A stretch of DNA of 64,000 bases from Dehalococcoidales bacterium (GTDB lineage Bacteria; Chloroflexota; Dehalococcoidia; Dehalococcoidales; RBG-16-60-22). The DNA lies in assembly GCA_002688435.1 (NCBI GenBank), contig NZCW01000043.1, positions 23,730 through 87,729 on the forward strand, read 5' to 3'. Below the pieces are notes generated by a model, which did no database searches, had not been told where the DNA came from, and saw only the letters and a program-made list of their open reading frames with translations. A program made the translations under genes and the position numbers. Below are positions 1-9,469 of the stretch, piece by piece. Each line of letters starts with the position of its first letter. Positions within the stretch are counted from its first letter, which is position 1.

Positions 1-701
1 TCCGAAGCCAGGAAAACCGCCGCGCCGGCATAGTCACTGGGAGAGCCTACCCTCCCCCGTGGTATAACTTTGACAAACTCTTCCAGCTCATCGGGGTGCT
101 CGGCAAAGTGCTCGCAATTAATAGAGGTGATGGTCAAGCCCGGGCTGATGGCGTTGACGGAGATATTATACTTTGACCATTCCATGGCCAGCGCCCGGGT
201 CAAATGGGAAACGCCCGCCTTGGAAATGGCATAGACTGATCGTCCGGACTGCACTAACTGCGAGATAACCGAGGAGACATTAATGATTTTCCCTTTCTGC
301 TGTTTTATCATCTCCTTCCCCACCAGCTGGCAGCAGAAGAAGAGTCCGCGCAGGTTGGTATTCATCATACGGTCCCAATCTTCATCGAGAACGTCCTCCG
401 CCAACCCCCTGACAATCACCGCGGCGTTATTGACCAAGATATCTATTTTCCCGAAATCGCTGATAACCCGAGAGACCATTGCAGCTACCGATGAGATGTT
501 ACTCACATCGGTGGGGACAGCCGCAGCGCCCAGTCCCTCTTTCTGTAAAGATTCCGCCGCCTGCCGCCCTTCGGCGGCCCGGCGGTTAGCGATGACGACC
601 GTCGCCCCGGCAGCGGCCAGTCCCCGGGCGATAGCCAAGCCGATACCCTGGTTACCACCGGTAACTATGGCCACCTTTCCGGAGAGATCAAAAAACTCCA
701 T
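1..701 (-). CDS. Short-chain dehydrogenase/reductase (SDR, FabG-like). It is 3'-truncated by the window edge.
   Basis: The reverse-strand translation starts MEFFDLSGKVAIVTGGNQGIGLAIARGLAAAGA (TGxxxGIG Rossmann motif). It continues through NNAA and YxxxK-type (YAISKAG) motifs. The ATG is at 701-699, with GGAGGT about 5 nt upstream. The + strand ORF 283..717 is its antisense shadow. Confidence 0.85.
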   Translation of the reverse strand, partial: MEFFDLSGKVAIVTGGNQGIGLAIARGLAAAGATVVIANRRAAEGRQAAESLQKEGLGAAAVPTDVSNISSVAAMVSRVISDFGKIDILVNNAAVIVRGLAEDVLDEDWDRMMNTNLRGLFFCCQLVGKEMIKQQKGKIINVSSVISQLVQSGRSVYAISKAGVSHLTRALAMEWSKYNISVNAISPGLTITSINCEHFAEHPDELEEFVKVIPRGRVGSPSDYAGAAVFLAS

Positions 702-766
702 TTCTACCTCCTTTTAAAGAATTAAGACGTCTATTTTACGATTTGATATCCTCTGGTCAGTTCAAT

Positions 767-1810
767 TCAGGCCAGAGATTCTCGAAACTTCTTCAATCTG
801 GACTGAAACTCCGGCTTATCCCAACCCTCCCGGTTGACCAGAGCCTCCGGGACTTCTCCGCAGATAATATGTGAGATCTGTCCCAGATTTTCCTCCCATT
901 TGTTTCTCCATACCTCGTCTGTCCAGCCCAGGGAGTGAGGAGTGACGATAACGTTGTCCATCTTGAGCAAGGGATTGTCCGGTGGTATCGGCTCTTGCTC
1001 GAACACGTCTATACCCGCTCCTTGTATCCATCCTTCCCGCAGAGCTCTTATCAAGGCCGCCTCGTCCACGATAGGTCCCCGGGCGGTATTTACGAGAAAA
1101 GCCGTCTTTTTCATTTTCCTCAGCTCTCCGGCGCCAATTAAATGGTGAGTTTCCTCATTAAACGGACAGCTAATATTCAGAAAGTCCGACTCACTTAACA
1201 CCGTATCCACATCCACCAGCCTGATATCAGCATCGACTACCGTCTCCGGTTTGACATACGGGTCGCAGGCAATATGCTTCATATTAAAAGGCCTGGCCAG
1301 CCGGAACATTTCATGGCCAATACCACCGACGCCGATTGACCCCAATGTCCTCCCCACCAACCCGAGACCGAGGTAGCCCGTTCTTTCCGTCCATCGTCCC
1401 TGGCGAATCAGCTTATCCTTGGCCATCATCCGCAGGCTCAAGGCCAGTAGAAAAGCGATTATGGCGGTAGCCAGCGGGCGCCGAACAGATATCGGCGTAT
1501 TACACAGGATTACTCCCGCCCCGGTAAGGTCAAGAATATTGACCTCGTCGTAGCCCACCCCACTTCGGTGAACGGAGAGAAGCTGCTTATTCCCGGCCAG
1601 GCTCTGCTTCGTCCACCGGGACTTCAGAGAGATAACCATGTCGAAATCCCGTATCTGCTCCGGGGTTATTTCCGGTAAAAACTCCGGGAACATCTCCCAC
1701 TCCACATCGGACATCTCATCCAGCAGCCTGAGTCCAGGTCCTGGAGTATAAAATTTCCCTTCCCGGTCAAACATATCCCGGGTAATACCAATCCTGGCTT
1801 TCCTGCCCAT
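767..1810 (-). CDS. D-isomer-specific 2-hydroxyacid dehydrogenase family protein
   Basis: 347 aa. It has a GxGxIG NAD-binding motif (GSIGVGGIGHEM). The C-terminal catalytic region (NTARGPIVDE..., TPHSLG) is typical of the family. Confidence 0.85.
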   Translation of the reverse strand: MGRKARIGITRDMFDREGKFYTPGPGLRLLDEMSDVEWEMFPEFLPEITPEQIRDFDMVISLKSRWTKQSLAGNKQLLSVHRSGVGYDEVNILDLTGAGVILCNTPISVRRPLATAIIAFLLALSLRMMAKDKLIRQGRWTERTGYLGLGLVGRTLGSIGVGGIGHEMFRLARPFNMKHIACDPYVKPETVVDADIRLVDVDTVLSESDFLNISCPFNEETHHLIGAGELRKMKKTAFLVNTARGPIVDEAALIRALREGWIQGAGIDVFEQEPIPPDNPLLKMDNVIVTPHSLGWTDEVWRNKWEENLGQISHIICGEVPEALVNREGWDKPEFQSRLKKFRESLA

Positions 1811-1839
1811 TCTTTCTTGCTTTCTTATCTAGTTAACTA

Positions 1840-2667
1840 TCACACCTGACCAATGAGAGCTTTGGCCTCCTTGATAACAGGACGCAGATTCTCCACATTA
1901 CCATCAACGACGCTTCCGATTAAGAAGAACTGGTAGCCCTCCTTTGCCCGTCGGGCCAGTGCTTTCGGGGTTTGGCCGCCAATACCGGCTATTTTACCTG
2001 CTTTCTGGCATATCTCGGCCACTCGCTTCATTTTCTCTTCCATAACCGGCGTGGCCACCATCTCCGTCCCCACGGCTTTAGAGTCAACGCCACCGATATT
2101 AAGCGCCAGGTCATAAGGCCCCACGACAGTGCCGGTAATGCCCTCTAGGCTCAAAATGTGCGGCAGGTTCCGGATATTTTCCAGGCTTTCCGTCTGCGGG
2201 AAGATGACCGTGTTGTTATTAACGTATTCCGTCAAGGAAAGGAAGGGGACCTTAGCAAGATCCTGGCCGTCAATCACGTAGGGACTCAACCCTATCCCTG
2301 TCCCCCGGTTTCCGATGGGCGGGAAATAAGCCTTATTGACAATTTGGGCAGCCTCTTCCACGGTGTCCACCTGTGGCAGCATCAGACCATTTACCCCAGC
2401 GTCAATATAGCGCCGGAAGTAGGCAGCCTTATCTTCCACCCTGATCATGGCCGGCATATCCGTTTTCCGGGAAGTACGGATATATTCCCAAATGGTCTCT
2501 TTATTCACCAGGCTGTGCTCCAGGTCCACCATAAAAAAATCAAACCCTAAATCCCGCAAAGCCCTGACCGTTTTTTCCGGTACGTTACCGGGCCCGATAA
2601 GTGTGCCGTATACCTTCTCGCCAGCCTGCATTTTCATCTTCATGTTATAGGCCTCATTCAGCACCAT
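1840..2667 (-). CDS. HpcH/HpaI-family aldolase (2-keto-3-deoxy-acid aldolase / citrate-lyase-beta-like)
   Basis: 275 aa. The DLGFDFFMVDLEHS and MIRVE motifs are characteristic of HpcH/HpaI aldolases. Confidence 0.75.
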   Translation of the reverse strand: MVLNEAYNMKMKMQAGEKVYGTLIGPGNVPEKTVRALRDLGFDFFMVDLEHSLVNKETIWEYIRTSRKTDMPAMIRVEDKAAYFRRYIDAGVNGLMLPQVDTVEEAAQIVNKAYFPPIGNRGTGIGLSPYVIDGQDLAKVPFLSLTEYVNNNTVIFPQTESLENIRNLPHILSLEGITGTVVGPYDLALNIGGVDSKAVGTEMVATPVMEEKMKRVAEICQKAGKIAGIGGQTPKALARRAKEGYQFFLIGSVVDGNVENLRPVIKEAKALIGQV

Positions 2668-2748
2668 GATAACCTCCTAGTCTGCTTTTTACCAAGAATT
2701 ATCTTCACCTTTTCCCCGGCCCGGGAATAGTTACCTCAAGTCCCCGGT

Positions 2749-3684
2749 CTAAGTTTTCCGGGCAAACTTCTGTATGGTTCGAGAACCCTTGTCAACCCCG
2801 GCCGAAGTCAGGGATACTTCGCCGATGTAGAGGTCCCTCTGCGAGTCAACGGCAACGGCGTGGGGCGCATGGAACAGGGCTTTTTCTTTCTCATTACCTT
2901 CATTACCCCAGCGCGCCAGCAGCTGGCCGTCAACCGTCCATATGCTCACCCGCAGGGAAAACTCGGATATATACACCGTTTCATCGTCATCAACAAAGAC
3001 ATCGGTAGGCCGGATGACGTCCGTCCATTCGCTGATGAATTTACCACTGGTGTCAAAAATTTGGACCCGGCTGTTTTCCCGGTCGGCAATCCACACCCGG
3101 TCCCGTTTGTCTATCCAGATGTTGTGGGGCAGCCGGAACTGGCCCGGGGCACCGCCCGGTTCACCCCAGGAGAAAAGCAGTTTGCCGTCATGAGAAAACT
3201 TGTGTATCTGCGCGTTACCATAACCGTCGGCGACGTAGATTTCACCAGTGGAATTCAATGCCACGCCGGTGGGACGATTGAACGGCGGAGCACCCCGCGT
3301 TATTCGCCCCAAGCTCTCCCAGAAATCAAAGGTCCGGGTATAGCCGGTGTCCGTCGGCTGACCTCTGGTACCCAGCGTCATGAGTAGCTCACCCTCGGGA
3401 GTAAACTTGGCGACGATGTGGTCTCGGTCATCGGTGCAGTAGATGGAATTGTCCGGACCGATGCAGCTACCGTGGGCGCGGTTAAAAAACCCCTCGCCCC
3501 ACCCGGTGAGCAGGTTCCCTTCCCGATCGAAGACCATAATCGGGCGCTCGCTCCGGTTAAGAATGTACACCCGGTCCTGCGCATCGGTGGAGATACCGCC
3601 GACGTCTTTGAATGACCCTCCTTGGGGAAGCTTGGCCCACCCGTCAACCAGCTCGTAAGTGTGTTTGCCGGCACCGTATTGCAT
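2749..3684 (-). CDS. NHL-repeat six-bladed beta-propeller protein
   Basis: Repeated motifs of the type (D)xxxxIYVAD / RVxIFD are present. I prefer the ATG at 3684 (MQYGAGKH...), which is preceded by AAGGGGGG 7 nt upstream. The track's GTG at 3747 has no SD. Confidence 0.7.
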   Translation of the reverse strand: MQYGAGKHTYELVDGWAKLPQGGSFKDVGGISTDAQDRVYILNRSERPIMVFDREGNLLTGWGEGFFNRAHGSCIGPDNSIYCTDDRDHIVAKFTPEGELLMTLGTRGQPTDTGYTRTFDFWESLGRITRGAPPFNRPTGVALNSTGEIYVADGYGNAQIHKFSHDGKLLFSWGEPGGAPGQFRLPHNIWIDKRDRVWIADRENSRVQIFDTSGKFISEWTDVIRPTDVFVDDDETVYISEFSLRVSIWTVDGQLLARWGNEGNEKEKALFHAPHAVAVDSQRDLYIGEVSLTSAGVDKGSRTIQKFARKT

Positions 3685-3857
3685 GTTCTGAACCCCCCTT
3701 TCCGAATTAGCCGGATAGATGAGCCGGAGACTGTCTTGATCAGTCACCCTGGCACAGGCTTAAGATAAAACGAGGCAACCAGAGCTAAACTGGCGACCAC
3801 GGGCCCTCACATCATCCTGGAAAAAGCAGAGACCATCTGCTTCCTTCCAGGGGGAAC

Positions 3858-3866
3858 ATTATACCA
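3858..3866 (-). promoter_or_regulatory. Extended -10 promoter element (TGGTATAAT) upstream of the NHL-repeat gene
   Basis: The reverse complement of 3858-3866 reads TGGTATAAT. It lies about 175 nt upstream of the ATG at 3684. Confidence 0.4.
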
Positions 3867-4461
3867 TAAGCCGCCGGCAAATGATAAATACTAAGCACAA
3901 AGGCTCTGTTCGGTTGACGCTGATGGCTAATTATTAAGATTAACTTAATAGGTAAGTATCCCTTAGGGGCAAGCATAGACTAGGACGCTGACTTCGATTA
4001 CGCTCAAGGCAGCAGACGGGACGGTGAGGAACAACTAACGGTCATGACTAAACTGACCTTGATTTACCGAACACCCTAGCCAATCTAATTATATCACTAG
4101 CCGTTACTTCGCAATCCAATAGAAAGAGTAATTTTGAAGTAGGCGTATAGTGCTTGGCTGCACACGCTAGACAGAAAGTTCACGAAGAATTATAATGAAT
4201 TTATTAAGGGTAAAATTTCAAGAATATACCTGTCCTGATGAAAATATTGCTGACGGCTAATCTGAAATAATTATCAACTCCTAGTGCCAGACCTGGCAAA
4301 AGACGAACCCAGCCTGTGGCTAAGGCTCCGAAATACCCAGCAAGAGATGGCAAAATGAGCAAGACCAAGCAGCTAAGAGAGATGCAGATATTAGAGTTTG
4401 GAGCGAAACGACTTTTAATATCAATTTTGACTAAATTTACGTAAATCTCCTGTATAAAGGG

Positions 4462-4489
4462 TTGACAAACCGTTATTTTATGGTATAGT
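4462..4489 (+). promoter_or_regulatory. Sigma70-type promoter of the surface-protein gene (TTGACA, 16 nt spacer, TGgTATAGT)
   Basis: TTGACA lies at 4462-4467 and TATAGT at 4484-4489, preceded by TGg (extended -10). The implied 5' UTR to the ATG at 4667 is about 170 nt. Confidence 0.6.
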
Positions 4490-4666
4490 TAGGGCTAGAA
4501 CAAGGTGAAAAGGAGGTGATGCCGTGGTCGAGACCCGCAAGGGGAGAGAGTTTTTGAACTCAAAAATAGCAGTTAAAGTAGGTCTCCACGAGAGCGAGGA
4601 ATTCGAGGTATAGCTCTGCGATTGGGGATATAAGCATATCCTAACAAGGAGGAAAAATAAAGGTCG

Positions 4667-7633
4667 ATGAGAAAAGAAATAGCTAAAATATGGGGTGTGG
4701 GCCTGACCGTAATCCTAGTGGCCAGCCTGCTGCTCGCGGCCGTGCCGATGGCTCAACCGGCACCGGCATCTGCTGGCACGCTTGGCTGGGGCGCAGAGAC
4801 CATCCCCACCACGACAGGTAAAGTCCTAGTCCCTGGAGCCAATGTTACTGACATGGATGTCTGTACAGCCGACCCGGATATCATCTGGGCCGTTGCTGAT
4901 ATTTCCTCAGGGGCAAGTAACGGAACCTACAAGTCTACCGACGCCGGTGTCTCCTGGACAAAGATAACCAATCACACCGGGGTAGGCACTGCCGCCGGAG
5001 GAGGCGTGCAACTGGTGGCCGTTGCCCCAGACGACCCGGACATCGTGGTGGTCGTGGCTGATAACAAGGAGGTCTATGCCACCACCAACGGTGGCACCAC
5101 TTGGGGCGACCTAACCACACCGAATGAGACCAGCACAACCGTTAATGACGCGGCAACCAATATCTACGACCTAGACGTCTCCACGGACGACGCCGGCATA
5201 AACTACGTTGGCGTGGCCGGTATTGATTCTGGGGCTAATGATGCCTCTGCAGACGCGATCAACACGGGTAATGTCTGGTACTTCAATATGGGCGCCGCGG
5301 CCCCGTCTTGGGTAGAAACAAACGACAAGACAGGTTTCGGTGCGGCTAACACGAACGTGACCACAGCTATGGCAGTGGCCTTCTCGCCTAGCTTCGCCTC
5401 GGACAAGGTAATGGTGGCCGTCACGGCGAATGTGACGGGAAATGTAAGTTTCGAGATGTGGAGCATGTCAAGCAAGGGCTGGAATGAGAGCGGTGCTTCC
5501 TTCACCAGCTACCCGGTATCACTGGTAGCTAACGCTGACGCCACGATTGCCACTCCGAGAGGTCTCTATGCCGCAGACATCTCACTGTCGCCGGACTACC
5601 TAGGCAGTGATGACTCCATGCGTACCGCCTTCGTCGGCTTGACGGTGGAAGGCTCTACCGCCAAGGACGGCATCTACCGTCTGAAAGACACCAGCAAGAA
5701 AGAGATGAAGGTGGCCATTGACGTGAACAGCGTGGCCTACGACGGCACCAACCTGGTCGCCGGCGAATTCGACAGCAACGTCTCCTATTACTGCGCCGAC
5801 CCGCTGGCAAGCTCGCCCACGGTCAGCACCACCGCTTCCCTGAAGAGAGCGGGTGGTAGCTCCCGTACCATAACTCGCTGGGCCGGCGTGGATGTACTCA
5901 CCGGAACCAGCGGCACGTCCAGCTCCCTCAATGTCTCCCGAGACAACGGCAAGAGCTACAACGGCATCAGCCTGGTTGATATCAGTACAGCAGCTGGGGA
6001 CGACAGTGGCACAAACGACCTTAACGATGTCGCGGTCTCAGCGGATGGCAGCACGATTTACCTGTCTGCTGATGACGGTACCAACCTGAGCATATGGCGC
6101 GGTGTTGATGGGGTCTGGGAAAGGGTGTTGGCGAAAGCTTCGGTAGCGAACACCATTGTCCGCATCGCTCCGGAAAACCCCGAATCGATCTACGTGGGGG
6201 AGACTGGTAGTGGCAAAAAGACCATCTACTACAGCAGCGAGGGTGGCGACACCAAGTGGTTCCAGCGCAGCTCCCGGTACGACGTCAAGGATTTCGCCGT
6301 GGAGAGCGACGATGTAATCTACGTAGCCGTGAATGCCGCCGGTTCGGTCAGCAAGAGCACCAATAGCGGCTTCACTTGGGGTACGTCCAAAGACGGCCTA
6401 CTGTTTGGTGGCAACAATGTCGCAATTCATAGCTTCGGTGAGGACCAACTGCTTCACACCAGCACCACCGGTTATGTCTCCTACTCCACCGACGGCAACT
6501 CCACCTGGGTGCAGATAAAGAAGCAGGTAAACTCCACATCCGGTACCATCCATGTGACTGCCAGCGGCCTGAACGACGGAGACTTCATCTACGCCGCCAG
6601 CGAAACCGCCAACCTGAATGTACGCCGATGGGAAGTCGGTACCAGCACTAGCTGGGGAGATATCATCAGCGGTACTCTCGCAACTGATCGTAATGCCGAT
6701 GACGACACCTCCGACACAGGCGAAACATTCCTCGCTTACGGAGCTGAGCTGATTGACGGCGTACTCTATGTCGTCGGCGTGGACGACGCGGCGGCGGATA
6801 GCTCATTGTTCCGGACCCTATCGCCGTCCACCGCTGCAAGCACCTCGGGCTGGAGCAACAAGCTGAGCACGAACGCTGACGATGAAGCGCTGACGCTCGG
6901 ATTCAGCTCATCCGATAGCGACGGCAACAACAAGCTATGGGGGATTGAGCCCGGTGATGACCAGCTCTTCAGCTTCGTCGATACCCTGCATACATTAGAG
7001 CCAGAACTGATCGGTCCGGAGGACGGAACGGAAATCGCGATAAACCCAGTGAGCGGTAACCCGTACAACGTGTCCTTCAGCTGGAGTCGTCCGTCCACGG
7101 CCAACAGATACAGTCTGGAGGTTTCTCTGGACGACGGCTTCTTCGAGGACGTCACCACCGAGACAGTACCTTCGACTACCACCACCACCACATCAGCTAC
7201 GATAGGCAAGGTACTGGTTGGTACTAACTTCAACGAAGGTACCACTTACTACTGGAGGGTCAGGGTAGCTTCGAACGGTCCGCTCTACAGCCCGTACTCC
7301 GAGGTCCGCAGCTTCACCGTTAGTTCGCTTCCGGCTCCTGCGGCGGCGGTAGTGGTTAAACCAGCTCCCGCGCCGATAGTCAGACCGGAGGTAGTGGTGG
7401 AGGCGCAGCCAGCACCGGTGATAAACCTTCCGGCACCGGTGGTAGAGGTACCCACGATAAACCTTCCGGCACCAGTGGTGAATATACCAGCACCACAAGA
7501 GGTGATCATCCCACCGGCACCGGCTCCCGCTCCCGCCGTTCCTACGGTAGCCATCTATGCCATCATCATCATCGGTGCCCTACTGGTGATCGCCTTGATC
7601 ATCCTGATAATGAGGACCCGACGCCCAATCTAA
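4667..7633 (+). CDS. Large secreted surface (S-layer-like) glycoprotein candidate. Its architecture is a signal peptide, Asp-box/BNR beta-propeller region, Fn3-like domain, Pro/Ala/Val-rich stalk and a C-terminal TM anchor.
   Basis: 988 aa. The N-terminal signal is MRKEIAKIWGVGLTVILVASLLLAAVPMAQPAPASA. Asp-box-like motifs include STDAGVSWTK, TTNGGTTWGD, SRDNGKSYNG, STNSGFTWG and STDGNSTW. About 14 N-X-S/T sequons are present by my count. A YYWRVRV Fn3-like motif is followed by the PAP-rich repeat INLPAPVVEVPT/INLPAPVVNIPA. The terminal helix is VAIYAIIIIGALLVIALIILIM followed by RTRRPI. Confidence 0.8.
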   Translation: MRKEIAKIWGVGLTVILVASLLLAAVPMAQPAPASAGTLGWGAETIPTTTGKVLVPGANVTDMDVCTADPDIIWAVADISSGASNGTYKSTDAGVSWTKITNHTGVGTAAGGGVQLVAVAPDDPDIVVVVADNKEVYATTNGGTTWGDLTTPNETSTTVNDAATNIYDLDVSTDDAGINYVGVAGIDSGANDASADAINTGNVWYFNMGAAAPSWVETNDKTGFGAANTNVTTAMAVAFSPSFASDKVMVAVTANVTGNVSFEMWSMSSKGWNESGASFTSYPVSLVANADATIATPRGLYAADISLSPDYLGSDDSMRTAFVGLTVEGSTAKDGIYRLKDTSKKEMKVAIDVNSVAYDGTNLVAGEFDSNVSYYCADPLASSPTVSTTASLKRAGGSSRTITRWAGVDVLTGTSGTSSSLNVSRDNGKSYNGISLVDISTAAGDDSGTNDLNDVAVSADGSTIYLSADDGTNLSIWRGVDGVWERVLAKASVANTIVRIAPENPESIYVGETGSGKKTIYYSSEGGDTKWFQRSSRYDVKDFAVESDDVIYVAVNAAGSVSKSTNSGFTWGTSKDGLLFGGNNVAIHSFGEDQLLHTSTTGYVSYSTDGNSTWVQIKKQVNSTSGTIHVTASGLNDGDFIYAASETANLNVRRWEVGTSTSWGDIISGTLATDRNADDDTSDTGETFLAYGAELIDGVLYVVGVDDAAADSSLFRTLSPSTAASTSGWSNKLSTNADDEALTLGFSSSDSDGNNKLWGIEPGDDQLFSFVDTLHTLEPELIGPEDGTEIAINPVSGNPYNVSFSWSRPSTANRYSLEVSLDDGFFEDVTTETVPSTTTTTTSATIGKVLVGTNFNEGTTYYWRVRVASNGPLYSPYSEVRSFTVSSLPAPAAAVVVKPAPAPIVRPEVVVEAQPAPVINLPAPVVEVPTINLPAPVVNIPAPQEVIIPPAPAPAPAVPTVAIYAIIIIGALLVIALIILIMRTRRPI
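7421..7479 (+). repeat. Tandem 36-nt period repeat inside the stalk-coding region
   Basis: ATAAACCTTCCGGCACCGGTGGT (7421-7443) recurs as ATAAACCTTCCGGCACCAGTGGT (7457-7479). Both copies encode INLPAPVV. Confidence 0.85.
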
Positions 7634-7666
7634 ACCTCATTTGATGGACACACGTCCCGATACTCC

Positions 7667-7700
7667 GAGAGCCCCCCGAAACCCGGGGGGCTCTCTCTTT
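7667..7700 (+). terminator. Rho-independent terminator after the surface-protein gene
   Basis: GAGAGCCCCCC(g-aaacc-c)GGGGGGCTCTC forms an 11-12 bp GC-rich stem followed by TTTAT. It lies 34 nt after the stop codon. Confidence 0.75.
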
Positions 7701-7769
7701 ATCCCAAACCGCAAGCGATTACTGGTGTCACCGGACAGCTGCGGCAATCTCCTTTAATAACACCTTCCT

Positions 7770-8885
7770 GCATCCTACCCGTAACCGCGTCCCGTATGCC
7801 GCTTGGCGGTCTCCAGCCTGTTCTCATTGAGTTTCCAAAGCAGAGCATCATCGGCCAGCAGTGCTATAATATGCCGAGAAACTCATCGGTACCCCGGGAC
7901 ATCAGAGCGTTCTTCGTATTCCCCTGATTGACAATGAAGTCCTCGTTCCAAAGTGCCCGGTAAACGACCACCGGTATGCCGCAGGCCATAATTTCCAGCG
8001 GCGGCGAGTTCCCGCCCTCAAACCTGGAGGTGGAAATAAACACATCCGCCAACGAAAACAGCCAGGCCATGAGGTCATCACCAACTCGCTCCCGGAAATC
8101 TATCCGGAACCCGGGCCTGACTTTCCGGACCAGCCTGGTGAAAGCTTCTTCCCGACCCACCGCCAGCAGCTTTACGCCGGGATTTACCCAGCAACAATAT
8201 TCAGAATCTTCAATATATCAAGCTCATTCTTCCACTTTATCCCTCTAATTAAAGCCATGACCACCTCCTCGCCGGTATTTTTACGCACCGGACTCAGGCA
8301 GAACACTTCCAGTTTCAGACCAATACCCACCCGGACCGCCGCCTTCGCCCAGGTCATACAGGTAGACCAGCCCCTCCAGCCAAGCCGAGGTGACAATCTT
8401 CTTCAGTGAGAGGTGGTAGGTTTCCCGGGTGACAAGGATATCACGGCTATTTTGAAAGAAAGACGGTTCGTAAGGCTGGGCGCAGTAAAAAACAGTACCT
8501 TTACCACTCCGGCAAACGACGGACTCCGTGAGGCAGAACGTGACGACATTAGTGTCGCACCCGGCGACGGCTTCCATCAGAGGCGTTAGCAGGTTGATAT
8601 CATGTCTAATCCGAGCAATTTGGTAACCGTGTCAATATCCAGATACCGGACGCCACGCCTCTTAACTATCCTGACCAGCGACTCCACAACCCTCAGCCAT
8701 GACGGCGGATTAACATAGCCCGCGGACGCTTCCAGCGGAAACCAACGATGGTCACCGGCCAGAGAAGTTATCATTATCTGGTGGCCTCTCCGAGTCAGGC
8801 CATTGGCCACCTCAAAAATATGCCTAGTGCCACCGGAAAGACTGGTCGTCCAAAGAGCAGAGTTTAGCCTGAGCCTATCCGCCAC
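7770..8885 (-). pseudogene. GT4-family glycosyltransferase, disrupted by at least four frame changes
   Basis: Consecutive fragments lie in different frames. The N-terminal fragment is 8586..8885 (LSGGTRHIFEVANGLTRRGHQIMI). Middle fragments are 8281..8577 and 8184..8396. The C-terminal Rossmann fragment is about 7864..8190 (PGVKLLAVGREE...STSRFEGGNSPPLEIMACGIPVV). A tail in a further frame reads ALLADDALLWKLNENRLETAKRH (about 7790-7863). Confidence 0.75.
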
Positions 8886-8926
8886 TGACCGTCACCTTAT
8901 TATCTTAAAATCCGAAAAATGTGTGC

Positions 8927-9451
8927 TCATCCGATAATGGAATAAGTCGCTTCCAACATATCCGGAGCGATAGCCTCCGGCGCTGCCTCTCCCTCGCTCA
9001 CCGGTGGCTGCCTCCCGATGAAGACAGTCCGACAACCGGCAGCCTTACCCATAGCAATATCGCTCATCATATCTCCCATCACGAAGGAATACTTGAGGTC
9101 AATATCATAATCCTTAACCGCTTGCCGTATCATACCAGGCTTCGGTTTACGGCAGTCACAGTTATCATCGGGGTGGTGGGGGCAATAGTAAATGGCGTCC
9201 ACCCGGGCACCTTCCCTGGCCAGCTCTCTCTTCATTTTTTTATGGATGTCCGCCAAGGTCTCCTCGGTGAAATAGCCCCGGCCAACGCCCGATTGATTAG
9301 TCACCACAATCACTTTAAAACCATGCTCATTGAGCAATTCTATAGCCCTGGCCGTATTGGGCAGCAATCTAAAATCCTCGGCACGGCAGCAGTAAGAGAC
9401 GTCTTCAGCCATGGTACCATCTCTATCCAGGAAAACAGCCCGGTCAGCCAT
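8927..9451 (-). CDS. gmhB: D-glycero-D-manno-heptose 1,7-bisphosphate phosphatase (HAD-IIIA)
   Basis: 174 aa. The motifs FLDRDGT, VVTNQSGVGRGYF, YYCPHHP and CDCRKPKPGM correspond closely to E. coli GmhB motifs recalled from memory. Confidence 0.9.
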   Translation of the reverse strand: MADRAVFLDRDGTMAEDVSYCCRAEDFRLLPNTARAIELLNEHGFKVIVVTNQSGVGRGYFTEETLADIHKKMKRELAREGARVDAIYYCPHHPDDNCDCRKPKPGMIRQAVKDYDIDLKYSFVMGDMMSDIAMGKAAGCRTVFIGRQPPVSEGEAAPEAIAPDMLEATYSIIG

Positions 9452-9469
9452 CAGTTATCTCTCCTTCCG

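Noticed and set aside
283-717. 144-aa + strand ORF from the track
   Set aside because: It is the antisense shadow of a clear SDR gene on the minus strand (TGxxxGIG and YxxxK motifs). Its composition is Ala/Pro/Ser/Arg-rich and non-native.
4519-4557. 12-codon uORF (MPWSRPARGESF) in the surface-protein 5' UTR
   Set aside because: The GGAGG lies only 2 nt from the ATG, which is too close for efficient initiation. Nothing else supports translation, so it is mentioned only as a possibility.
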